Assembly (NCBI GenBank): GCA_963796655.1
Contig: CAWCML010000012.1
Location: 7,401-71,400, forward strand
DNA length: 64,000 nucleotides
Direction: 5' to 3'
Source: an uncultured Gemmatimonadaceae bacterium
Lineage (GTDB): Bacteria; Gemmatimonadota; Gemmatimonadetes; Gemmatimonadales; Gemmatimonadaceae
The stretch's first letter is position 1, and each line of letters begins with the position of its first letter. Positions 51,060-59,145 of the stretch are shown here, one piece after another. Position numbers and translations under genes: made by a program. The notes beneath the pieces are model-generated. The model was not told where the DNA came from. It ran no database searches and was given only the letters and a program-made list of their open reading frames with translations.

Positions 51060-51641
51060 CTAGAACCCGAGGCCCAACAGGACCATGAACGTGCGGCTCT
51101 TGTAGCTGTCGGTGTTCTGCACCGTGGACAGCTTGAGATCGGTGAGGCCGTACACGTAGCGGCCCTCGATCGTGAGCCCGCCCATCAACCGTACGCCGGC
51201 ACCGATGACGCCGGAGTAGGTCGTCTTCGGGCGGCCGGTGTCGGGGCAATTGCTGCCGCCCGCCTGGCACGCCATCTCGAACGACGCCTGCGGTCCGGCA
51301 TACGCGAAGGGCGAGATGCCCGGCACGGGCATGCTCAGCCGCAGATAGACCGGCACGTCGACGTAGTTGAGTTCGCGCGAATCGCCGGGCGTGCTGCTCG
51401 TCACGCCCTGCTGCGTGTACAGGCCCTCGATGCCGAGCCCGAGCGGGGAACCGCTTTCGTACCCGAGACCGATGGCGTAGCCGGTGCGCGACTGCAGGGC
51501 GCCCGGCAGCACGCCGGAGCCCGAGACGCTGCTGAACGAAGCCCCACCTTTGATTCCCAGACCGCTCTGGGCGTGCGCCGCAGTGGCGACGCTCCCGATC
51601 AATGCGGTCACGACCGCCAGACTCACGAATGCACGCTTCAT
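51060..51641 (-). CDS. outer-membrane beta-barrel (porin family/OmpA-like barrel) protein
   Basis: Signal peptide MKRAFVSLAVVTALIGSVATAAHAQ. Alternating beta pattern. C-terminal ...FMVLLGLGF. Confidence 0.8.
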   Translation of the reverse strand: MKRAFVSLAVVTALIGSVATAAHAQSGLGIKGGASFSSVSGSGVLPGALQSRTGYAIGLGYESGSPLGLGIEGLYTQQGVTSSTPGDSRELNYVDVPVYLRLSMPVPGISPFAYAGPQASFEMACQAGGSNCPDTGRPKTTYSGVIGAGVRLMGGLTIEGRYVYGLTDLKLSTVQNTDSYKSRTFMVLLGLGF

Positions 51642-51664
51642 GCGACTCCTCCGGAACGGGTTTC

Positions 51665-51672
51665 GGGGGGGG
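51665..51672. repeat. G8 homopolymer (C8 on the coding strand) in the 5' leader of the OMP gene, embedded in the palindrome GGGGTACCCC
   Basis: tttcGGGGGGGGtacccctc, 24-31 nt upstream of the OMP ATG and just 5' of the GGAGGA ribosome-binding site. Confidence 0.9.
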
Positions 51673-51764
51673 TACCCCTCATTCGGGACGATTGTTGCAC
51701 GTCCACCGATACGAAACCGATCAACCCCGGGAAGCGTGACTTACCGCGTGGGTTGTGACGCGGA

Positions 51765-52508
51765 TTACGCCGTCGTAAGAATCAGGGGACGCCCCTGCCG
51801 CACGACGATGGTGTTTTCGTAATGGGCCGACAGCGCGTGGTTCCGGCTACGAATCGTCCACCCGTCGCGTTCTTCCACCGTGCGCGCAGGGCGTTCCGTG
51901 ATGATCGGCTCGACGGCCAGGACCATTCCGTCGTGCAGGATGGCGCGATCGTGCGGATCCTCGTAGTTGAGCACCGTCGGCGATTCGTGGATGGTGCGAC
52001 CGACGCCGTGGCCGGTGAGTTCGCGCACCACCGAGAATCCGTCACGCGTCACTTCCTCTTCGATGGCGCGGCCGATGCCGCGCACCGGGCGGCCGTCGCG
52101 TGCCTGCCCCATCGCGGCCGTGAAGGCGCGCCGCGCGCATCGTATCAGGCGTCGGGCCACCGCGGGCGCCCCGGGGAGCGCGATGGTGCGCGCCGCGTCG
52201 GCCACGAACCCGTCCAACTCCACCGTGATGTCCAGCTTCACCAGGTCGCCGCGCTGCAGCACGCGCGCGCCCGGCACCCCGTGCACGATCTGATCGTTGA
52301 CGCTGATGAGGTTGAAGCCGGGAAAGCGGTAGGTGATTTGCGGCGCCGATCGGCCGCCGTGCGACCGGATGAACGTCGCGCCGCGTTCGTCCAGTTCGGC
52401 CGTCGTCATGCCGACGGCCACCTGCCGCGCCAGAAAGGCATGCGCGTCCGCCACCAGCCGGCCGACGCGCTGCATGCCCTTGAGGTCCGCCTTGGAACCC
52501 AGCGTCAT
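51765..52508 (-). CDS. map: type I methionine aminopeptidase
   Basis: 247 aa. NDQIVHGVP, GDLVKLDITVELDGFVAD, TGHGVGRTIHE, LAVEP and HYENTIVV. ATGA overlap with the upstream MBL gene. Confidence 0.9.
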   Translation of the reverse strand: MTLGSKADLKGMQRVGRLVADAHAFLARQVAVGMTTAELDERGATFIRSHGGRSAPQITYRFPGFNLISVNDQIVHGVPGARVLQRGDLVKLDITVELDGFVADAARTIALPGAPAVARRLIRCARRAFTAAMGQARDGRPVRGIGRAIEEEVTRDGFSVVRELTGHGVGRTIHESPTVLNYEDPHDRAILHDGMVLAVEPIITERPARTVEERDGWTIRSRNHALSAHYENTIVVRQGRPLILTTA

Positions 52509-53477
52509 CCGGGGCCTCCCAGTTCGCGGTACCAGGCCGTGAAGGCGCGTTCGACGAACGTCTTGCCGAACATCGTCCACGCACCGGTGGCTGCCGGGAT
52601 CGTGTAGGCGGCCGCCGCGTCCTTGGCGCTCGTTCCGGCGGCGTGCGCCGCCCGTGCCGCGCGCTCCACGTCGTCGATCATGGCGGTGTACCGATCGAGG
52701 TCCGCAGGCGTCCCCACGGCGCCGTGGCCCGGCACATACGTCGCAGCGTTCCGCGCCCGGAGCACGCGCACCGACGCCGAGAGCTTGCTCGGAATGGCGT
52801 CCACATAGTTGGGGAACATCGCATTCCAGAACAGGTCGCCGCAGAAGACGAGATTCGCGTCGGTCCAACTCGAGCGCCACGTCACTGTCCGTGTGCCCGA
52901 GCTGGGGCACGATGCGGATGGCCCGCCCCCCCAGATCCAGCGTGCCGACGTCGGTTGGCGACATCAGCACGGCGTCGTCGAGCGCGGCCGTGCGGTCGGC
53001 ATCGGCCGGCTTGTTGCGCCCCAACGTCTCGTCGCGGGTGATCTGGGTAACCCGCACTTCCGGGTGGTGGTCGGCCGTGACGTAACCGGCCACGCCGTTC
53101 GAGTGGTCGGAGTGGTAGTGCGTCACGAGCACGTGCGTGGGCCAGCGCCCGGTGAGCGTGCGCGCCTGCGCGGCGAGCCAGGCGGCGCCCTTGGGTGTCT
53201 GGAACCCTTCGATGGCGAGCACTGCGTGCTTGCCGGCGATGATTCCGCCATTCGAGACGGTCGTGTAGTCGCCGCCGAGCGGCGTCGAAACGAGCGCCCA
53301 GACATCTTCACCCACGCGTTCCAGTCGGGCGAAGGGTTCCGTGGCCACCACGGGGCCCCGCGGCTGGGCGGCCCATAGGTCGCGCAACATGCGCGGCGAC
53401 ACGGCGGCGGCGAGCGCAAGGTGGGCGGCGCAGCTGCCGGAGGAGACGATGAATTCGCGGCGGGAGATCGAGGGCAT
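52505..53477 (-). pseudogene. MBL-fold metallo-hydrolase with twin-arginine signal; one +1 shift near 52870
   Basis: SRREFIVSSGSCAAHLALA (Tat-like). THYHSDHSNG (HxHxDH). The C-terminal part FCGDLFWNAMFPNYVDA...YVPGHG is in ORF 52505..52885. Confidence 0.8.
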
Positions 53478-53488
53478 GGGCGGCAGGG

Positions 53489-53992
53489 TCAGGGCTCGGT
53501 GTAACTCATTCCCGGCAACCCGGCGAGCTTGCGCAGCACCGAGAGTTGGCCGAGATGATACGTGTCGTGCTGGACCATGAAGGTGAGCAGCGCGAACGTC
53601 GTCTGCTCGAACACCGGGAATCGCACGTCGACCGGCGTGCTCAACTGGGCTGCCGACATCGCGGCCAGGCGATCACGCAGGGCCTGCGACGCGTCCGTCC
53701 AGGCGCCGAGGATATCGGCCACCGGCGGCCACTCGCGCACGTCGTCGATGCTCTTGGCGGCCAACAGCGCCGCCGGCAGCGGATTCGCCCGCTCGGCCCC
53801 GAGCCACTTGAGCAGTCCGTACCGCGCCTTCACCATGTGCGCCGCCACCCACAGCGCGCTGTTCGTTTCGCCGGAGGGACGCGCCTCCGCTTGCTGCTGG
53901 CTCATGCCGTTGAGGCAGTTGCGGAAGAGCTTGGTGTTGATGCGGAGGATTTCGGCGGGTGCGACGGCACGGGGATCCATGGCGTGGCTCAC
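53489..53992 (-). CDS. DinB family protein
   Basis: 167 aa. Four-helix DinB pattern ending FMVQHDTYHLGQLSVLRK. Confidence 0.75.
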   Translation of the reverse strand: MSHAMDPRAVAPAEILRINTKLFRNCLNGMSQQQAEARPSGETNSALWVAAHMVKARYGLLKWLGAERANPLPAALLAAKSIDDVREWPPVADILGAWTDASQALRDRLAAMSAAQLSTPVDVRFPVFEQTTFALLTFMVQHDTYHLGQLSVLRKLAGLPGMSYTEP

Positions 53993-54089
53993 GGTGAAAG
54001 TCGGACAGGCCGTCCCGATGATCGGCCATTCGCAGATAGTATCGCCTCCGGGGTATCACGACCAGTCGGACAGGCCCCCGGCTTCTTCT

Positions 54090-54119
54090 TCCGTTCCCGT
54101 CCGTTCCGGTCCGTTCGGT
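54090..54119 (+). repeat. three tandem 10-bp repeats (TCCGTTCNNG)
   Basis: TCCGTTCCCG TCCGTTCCGG TCCGTTCGGT with exact 10-bp phasing, in a 334-nt intergenic region. Confidence 0.85.
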
Positions 54120-54205
54120 CCGGCTCCAATCTCGTGGGGACCTGCTCGGTTGAGCTTCACGGAGGCCATGGGCAACTCTACCGATCCGCGGTCTTCGAAT
54201 GGGAT

Positions 54206-54240
54206 ACGGACTGAACGGAGGCCAACGGACGCGAACGGAC
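54206..54240 (-). repeat. four tandem 9-10-bp repeats of the same TCCGTTC core, in inverted orientation to 54090-54119
   Basis: The minus strand reads TCCGTTCGCG TCCGTTGGCC TCCGTTCAG TCCGTAT. Confidence 0.85.
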
Positions 54241-54326
54241 ACATTGATGGTCGAGGGTAGACCGGTCGGACCCCGCCGCCACGCCTGCGTGCTGACGCCG
54301 GGCACGCCCGGCGGTATGTTCTCGGC

Positions 54327-56183
54327 ATGCGCCGACTCCTCCTACTCTCCCTGATCGCGCTCGGCACCACGGCCGGGGCGCAGACCGGACCACTGACCGC
54401 GGATTCCGGGCACTTCGTCCTGAACGGCAAACCCTTCCAGATCATTGCCGGTTCCATGCACTACGCGCGCGTGCCGCGCGAGTACTGGCGCGACCGCATG
54501 GAGAAGGCCAAAGCGATGGGACTCAATACCATCACCACGTACGTGTTCTGGAACTTCCACGAGCCGGCGCCGGGACAGTTCGATTTCGCCGGCCAGCGCG
54601 ACATCGCCGAATATCTCCGCACCGCGCAGCAGGTGGGACTGCACGTGATCCTGCGTCCCGGGCCGTACGTGTGCGCGGAGTGGGAGTTGGGCGGATATCC
54701 CGGGTGGCTGTTCGCCGATACGAGCATCGTCCTCCGCAGCACCGATCCCAGGTTCACGCGGCCCGCCGAAGCCTGGCTCGACACCCTGGGCAAGGTGGTG
54801 ACGCCGTTCCTCGCCAGCCACGGCGGTCCGATCATCGCCGTGCAGGTGGAAAACGAGTACGGCTCGTTCGACAAAGACAAGGACTACCTGCGCTGGCAGC
54901 TCGGCGCGCTGCGCCATGCCGGCTTCCGCGACGTCTATTTCTACACCGCGGACGGCGACGTCCAGCTTCCCAACGGGACGCTGCCGGGGCTGCCGGCGGT
55001 GGTGAATTTCGGGCCCGGCGAGGCCGACAGCGCCTTCGCGCGCCTGGCCCGGTTCAAGCCAGGCGAGCCGCTGATGAGCGGCGAATATTGGGCCGGCTGG
55101 TTCGACCAGTGGGGACGGCCGCACAACACCACGAACGCGGAAGAGCAGACGCGGGAGTTGAGCGGGATGCTCGGCAAGGGCTACTCGGTGAGCATCTATA
55201 TGTTCCACGGCGGCACGACGCCGGGGTTCATGAATGGCGCCAACATCGATGGGGGGCACTACCACCCGCAGACGTCGAGCTACGACTACGACGCGGCGCT
55301 CGACGAGTCGGGGCGGCCCACACCCAAGTACTACATGTTCCGCGACGCGATCGCGAAGGCGACGGGGGTGACGCCGCCGCCGGTGCCGGCGACGCCGGCG
55401 CCGATATCGGTGCCGGCATTCGGGATGCTCCCCCAACTGTCCATCTTCGACTCGCTACCCACGCCAGTGCGCGTCGAGCGGCCGCGCGGCATGGAGACGT
55501 TCGGCCAGTCGTACGGGTACATCGTGTATCGCACCACCGTCCCTGATTCGACCAGCGGCGAACTCGTCATCCGCGACGTGCGCGACTACGCGCAGATCTA
55601 CGTGGACGGCGTAATGAAGGGCACGCTCGACCGACGGCTCGGCGAAGACAGCCTCCCGATCACCGTGCCCGCCCACGCCCGACTCGCGATCCTGGTGGAG
55701 AACAGCGGACGGGTGAACTTCGCCAAGCCGCTCCGGTACGAAGAGAAGGGGATCACGCATCGCGTGTCGCTGGCCGGCCGCGAGCTCACGGGGTGGAACG
55801 TCTATTCGTTTCCGATGGGCGGCGTTCCGGACGTCGTGTGCCGTGCGGTCCGGACCGTGGCGTGTCCGCAGTCGCTCCGGTGGATGTCGGATTCGATCGG
55901 CACGGCAGGATTCTACTGGGGCTCCTTCGAACTCTCCCGCACTGGCGACACCTTTCTGGATATGCGCGGCTGGGGCAAGGGCACCGTCTGGGTGAACGGC
56001 CACCAGCTCGGCCGCTTCTGGGGCATCGGCCCGGAGCAGACGCTCTACGTACCTGGGCCGTGGCTGCGCGCCGGACTCAACGACGTCGTGGTATTCGATC
56101 TGCTGGACCCCGACCATCACACGCTCCAGGGGCTCGATCACCCGATCCTCGACGACCTGCGCCCCAACGACCGCTCGCACTGA
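54327..56183 (+). CDS. GH35 beta-galactosidase (secreted)
   Basis: 618 aa. GSMHYARVPREYWRDRMEKAKAMGLNT, GPYVCAEWELGGYP, QVENEYG (acid/base) and SGEYWAGWFDQWG (nucleophile region). Confidence 0.9.
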   Translation: MRRLLLLSLIALGTTAGAQTGPLTADSGHFVLNGKPFQIIAGSMHYARVPREYWRDRMEKAKAMGLNTITTYVFWNFHEPAPGQFDFAGQRDIAEYLRTAQQVGLHVILRPGPYVCAEWELGGYPGWLFADTSIVLRSTDPRFTRPAEAWLDTLGKVVTPFLASHGGPIIAVQVENEYGSFDKDKDYLRWQLGALRHAGFRDVYFYTADGDVQLPNGTLPGLPAVVNFGPGEADSAFARLARFKPGEPLMSGEYWAGWFDQWGRPHNTTNAEEQTRELSGMLGKGYSVSIYMFHGGTTPGFMNGANIDGGHYHPQTSSYDYDAALDESGRPTPKYYMFRDAIAKATGVTPPPVPATPAPISVPAFGMLPQLSIFDSLPTPVRVERPRGMETFGQSYGYIVYRTTVPDSTSGELVIRDVRDYAQIYVDGVMKGTLDRRLGEDSLPITVPAHARLAILVENSGRVNFAKPLRYEEKGITHRVSLAGRELTGWNVYSFPMGGVPDVVCRAVRTVACPQSLRWMSDSIGTAGFYWGSFELSRTGDTFLDMRGWGKGTVWVNGHQLGRFWGIGPEQTLYVPGPWLRAGLNDVVVFDLLDPDHHTLQGLDHPILDDLRPNDRSH

Positions 56184-56234
56184 GCGTCACGAGGCGGACG
56201 GAATGTTGTGCGGCCGGCCGGTGCCCGGCGTCCG

Positions 56235-56699
56235 CTAGCGCTCGACCGTGAGCCCCGGCACCCGGCGCTGCAGGGACGCAATGAATGCCTCGCGATCGCG
56301 CGGCGAGATGAGCAGCCAGCCGTACGTGCCGTAGTACACCCGCAACCGGCGCATCGAGAGCGCCGGCGCTGACAACGGACTGCGTGAGTATGCCACACGA
56401 GTGATGTCGCGACAGGGGATCTGCCAGTGCAGTCCCGCACATCGTACGTCCAGCGCATGGTCGTTCAGGATATAGGCCGTGGACCGATAGCTCCACCAGA
56501 ACAGCGCCAGAACCAGCAGGGCCGCGACGCCCGCGATCAAGAGCCCCGGTCCCTTGCCAAGACCAGCGTTGGTTGATGGAATGACCATTGCGGCCGCGAG
56601 CCCGCCGACGGTCGCCACCAGCACGACGACCACCAGCCAGACATCGACTCGGGAACGAAAGATTTCGGCTGACGGCGCCGGCACCGTATGATCGGCCAT
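56235..56699 (-). CDS. membrane-anchored bacterial PH-domain (bPH/DUF304-like) protein
   Basis: 154 aa. Two TM helices followed by YILNDHALDVRCAGLHWQIPCRDITRV...LRVYY. Confidence 0.55.
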   Translation of the reverse strand: MADHTVPAPSAEIFRSRVDVWLVVVVLVATVGGLAAAMVIPSTNAGLGKGPGLLIAGVAALLVLALFWWSYRSTAYILNDHALDVRCAGLHWQIPCRDITRVAYSRSPLSAPALSMRRLRVYYGTYGWLLISPRDREAFIASLQRRVPGLTVER

Positions 56700-56815
56700 G
56701 TGCGATCCGAAGGGACGTCATATTATGCGGTCGCGTGTCCGCCCGGACCAGCCTCCTGGCGCCCCGGGCCCCGCCCCGGCTACTCTCCACCCTCCACCCT
56801 CTACCCTCTACCTCC

Positions 56816-57877
56816 ATGCGGCCCCTCCCCGGCGCCCTCACCCTCGCCCTCACCCTGATCGCCACGGGCGCCGCCGCCCAACGCCCCGAAGCCCTCTGGT
56901 ACTCCACCGGGGGCGACTCGAGCACCGTGCACTTCGTCGAGCACGCCGGCCAGATCGATGTCGTCTCGCCGCAGGTGTTCGCACTGCAGTCCACCGGACG
57001 GATCACCGGCCGCATCGACCCGCGGGTGGTCGCCGCCGCCCGCGAACACCACGTGAAGCTCGTGCCCCTGGTCATGAACCCGGGATTCAGCCAGCCCGCC
57101 ATCCACCGCGTGCTCACCAACCGGAGCGCGTGGCGGCGCGCCATGCGCAGCCTCGCCGCGCTCTGCCGCGATCAGCGCCTGGACGGCATCCAGTTCGACC
57201 TCGAGAACGTGAACGTCGCCGACAAGAACCGCTTCACGGCGTTCGTACGCGAGGCCGTGGATTCGGTGCACCACGCCGGCTGCACGCTCTCGGCCGCCGT
57301 CGTGCCCCGCGCGAACGACGAACCCGGAACGAACAGCTACGACAAATGGATCTTCGCCAACTGGCGGGGCGTGTACGACTACAAGGCGCTGGCCGACACG
57401 CTCGACTTCATCTCGTACATGACGTACGCCGAACACACCGGGGGATCTCCTGCCGGCCCGGTGGCCGGCTACCCGTGGATGGAGGCATGCCTGCGCCACC
57501 TCCTCGCCGCCGGCGTGCCGCCGGCCAAGGTCTCGCTCGGGATTCCGTCGTATTCCGACTGGTGGTTCCCGGCGTACAGCGAGAAGGAGGGCTCGCGCAT
57601 GCGCGGGCGCGACGTCCCGTTCGCGCGCGCCGAGAGCCTGCTCACGGCCAACGGGGTGCGCGCCGTCTGGGACAGCGTGCAGAAGTCACCGTCTGCGGTG
57701 TGGAGCGAGAACGGCGTGTTCCGCTATCTGTGGATCGAGAATACGCGTGCCTTCATGGACAAACTCGCGCTCGTATCGCGCTACCATCTGCGCGGATACT
57801 CGGTCTGGGTGCTGGGAACGGAGGACCCGACGTTGTGGAATGCGCTGGCGCACGCAGGGTCCACCAACCAGTTTTGA
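56816..57877 (+). CDS. GH18-like glycosyl hydrolase family protein (secreted)
   Basis: Signal peptide MRPLPGALTLALTLIATGAAAQ. LDGIQFDLE corresponds to the GH18 DGxDxDxE box with Gln replacing the middle Asp. MTYAEH and GIPSY follow. Confidence 0.7.
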   Translation: MRPLPGALTLALTLIATGAAAQRPEALWYSTGGDSSTVHFVEHAGQIDVVSPQVFALQSTGRITGRIDPRVVAAAREHHVKLVPLVMNPGFSQPAIHRVLTNRSAWRRAMRSLAALCRDQRLDGIQFDLENVNVADKNRFTAFVREAVDSVHHAGCTLSAAVVPRANDEPGTNSYDKWIFANWRGVYDYKALADTLDFISYMTYAEHTGGSPAGPVAGYPWMEACLRHLLAAGVPPAKVSLGIPSYSDWWFPAYSEKEGSRMRGRDVPFARAESLLTANGVRAVWDSVQKSPSAVWSENGVFRYLWIENTRAFMDKLALVSRYHLRGYSVWVLGTEDPTLWNALAHAGSTNQF

Positions 57878-57892
57878 GTGACGCGGCCGGCG

Positions 57893-58297
57893 ATGGCCGT
57901 TGATCGCCTCTCGACCGGAGTGCGGCCGGTGCGAATCCTTGTGGCAGAAGACGATCAGGTCACCTCGCAGGCCATTTGCGCGATCGTGCGCGGCCTCGGC
58001 CATCGACCGATGCAGGCGTTCGACGCCATGCAAACGCTGATGCTCGCCATGCGCGATCCGCATCCCGAGGTCATTCTGCTCGACCTGAACATGCCGGGCG
58101 GTACCGGCCTGGGCGCGCTCGAGAAGCTGCAGTCGTCGAGCCGGACCGCCCACATCCCGGTGATCGTGCTCAGCGGTTCCACGGATCCGGAAGCCCGGCA
58201 GGCCGCGCTCGGCGCCGGCGCCGCGGCCTTCCTGGGCAAGCCGGCCAAGGTGGACGAGCTGAAAGCGGCGCTCGAGGGGCTCACCGAGGAGGATTGA
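57893..58297 (+). CDS. single-domain response regulator (CheY-like receiver)
   Basis: ILVAEDD, LLDLNMPGGTG (phospho-acceptor Asp), VIVLSG and LGKP. The start could instead be the GTG at 57878. Confidence 0.85.
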   Translation: MAVDRLSTGVRPVRILVAEDDQVTSQAICAIVRGLGHRPMQAFDAMQTLMLAMRDPHPEVILLDLNMPGGTGLGALEKLQSSSRTAHIPVIVLSGSTDPEARQAALGAGAAAFLGKPAKVDELKAALEGLTEED

Positions 58298-58334
58298 CCG
58301 CGGCGGCGCGGGACGGACGGCCGCCAGCGCGGCC

Positions 58335-59036
58335 CTAGACCACGGTCCCGAACAGGCGCCCCACGCCCGCCGTGATGCCCATGGCGAGCGCCCCCCAGAA
58401 GGTCACGCGTACGGCGCCCCGCAACACCGGTGCTCCTCCCGTGCGGGCGGCGACGGCGCCCAGCACTGCCAGGAACACCAGCGACCCCGCGATCACCAGC
58501 GGGATCACGCGCGGCACCGGCGCGAGCCAGGCGGTGAGCAGCGGCATGCTCGCCCCCACCCCGAAGCTCGCCGCCGACGCCAGCGCGGCCTGAATCGGTT
58601 TCGCCGTCACCACCTCGGAGATGCCCAGTTCGTCGCGCGCGTGCGCGCCGAGGGCATCGTGTACCATGAGCTGGTCGGCCACTTGGCGGGCCAACGCGGG
58701 CTCCACTCCGCGTTTCACGTAGATGGAGGCCAGCTCCACATGCTCCGCCTCCGGGTCGCCGCGCAGTTCGGAGCGCTCGCGTGCGAGGTCGGCCGACTCC
58801 GTTTCGGCCTGCGACTTCACGGATACGTACTCGCCGGCGGCCATGGACATGGCACCAGCGACGAGTCCGGCGATCCCCGCCACGAGGATCTCGCCGTGTG
58901 CCGCGCTCGCCGCCGCCACACCGACCACGAGACTCGCCGTGGAAACGATGCCGTCGTTGGCGCCGAGGACGGCGGCGCGGAGCCAGCCGATGCGGCCGGT
59001 ACGATGCTGTTCGCGATGGCGGGCGGGGGACTGCAT
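58335..59036 (-). CDS. VIT1/CCC1 family iron/manganese transporter
   Basis: AAVLGANDGIVSTASLVVGV, MAAGEYVSVKSQ, and a C-terminal TM bundle. Confidence 0.85.
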   Translation of the reverse strand: MQSPARHREQHRTGRIGWLRAAVLGANDGIVSTASLVVGVAAASAAHGEILVAGIAGLVAGAMSMAAGEYVSVKSQAETESADLARERSELRGDPEAEHVELASIYVKRGVEPALARQVADQLMVHDALGAHARDELGISEVVTAKPIQAALASAASFGVGASMPLLTAWLAPVPRVIPLVIAGSLVFLAVLGAVAARTGGAPVLRGAVRVTFWGALAMGITAGVGRLFGTVV

Positions 59037-59145
59037 CGGCGGGCCTCGGGATTGGCGTCCCTTTCAATATGCGGTACCGCAAGGTATTTCTGGTGCATCC
59101 GGCGTTCCGGCCGGGTTTGCGATGGACCCCCGATCAGGAGTTTCG

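Noticed and set aside
56194-56235. Possible terminator between GH35 and the PH-domain gene (GCGGACG ... CGTCCGC)
   Set aside because: The 7-bp stem encloses a loop of about 28 nt and there is no U-tract. This is too weak to call.
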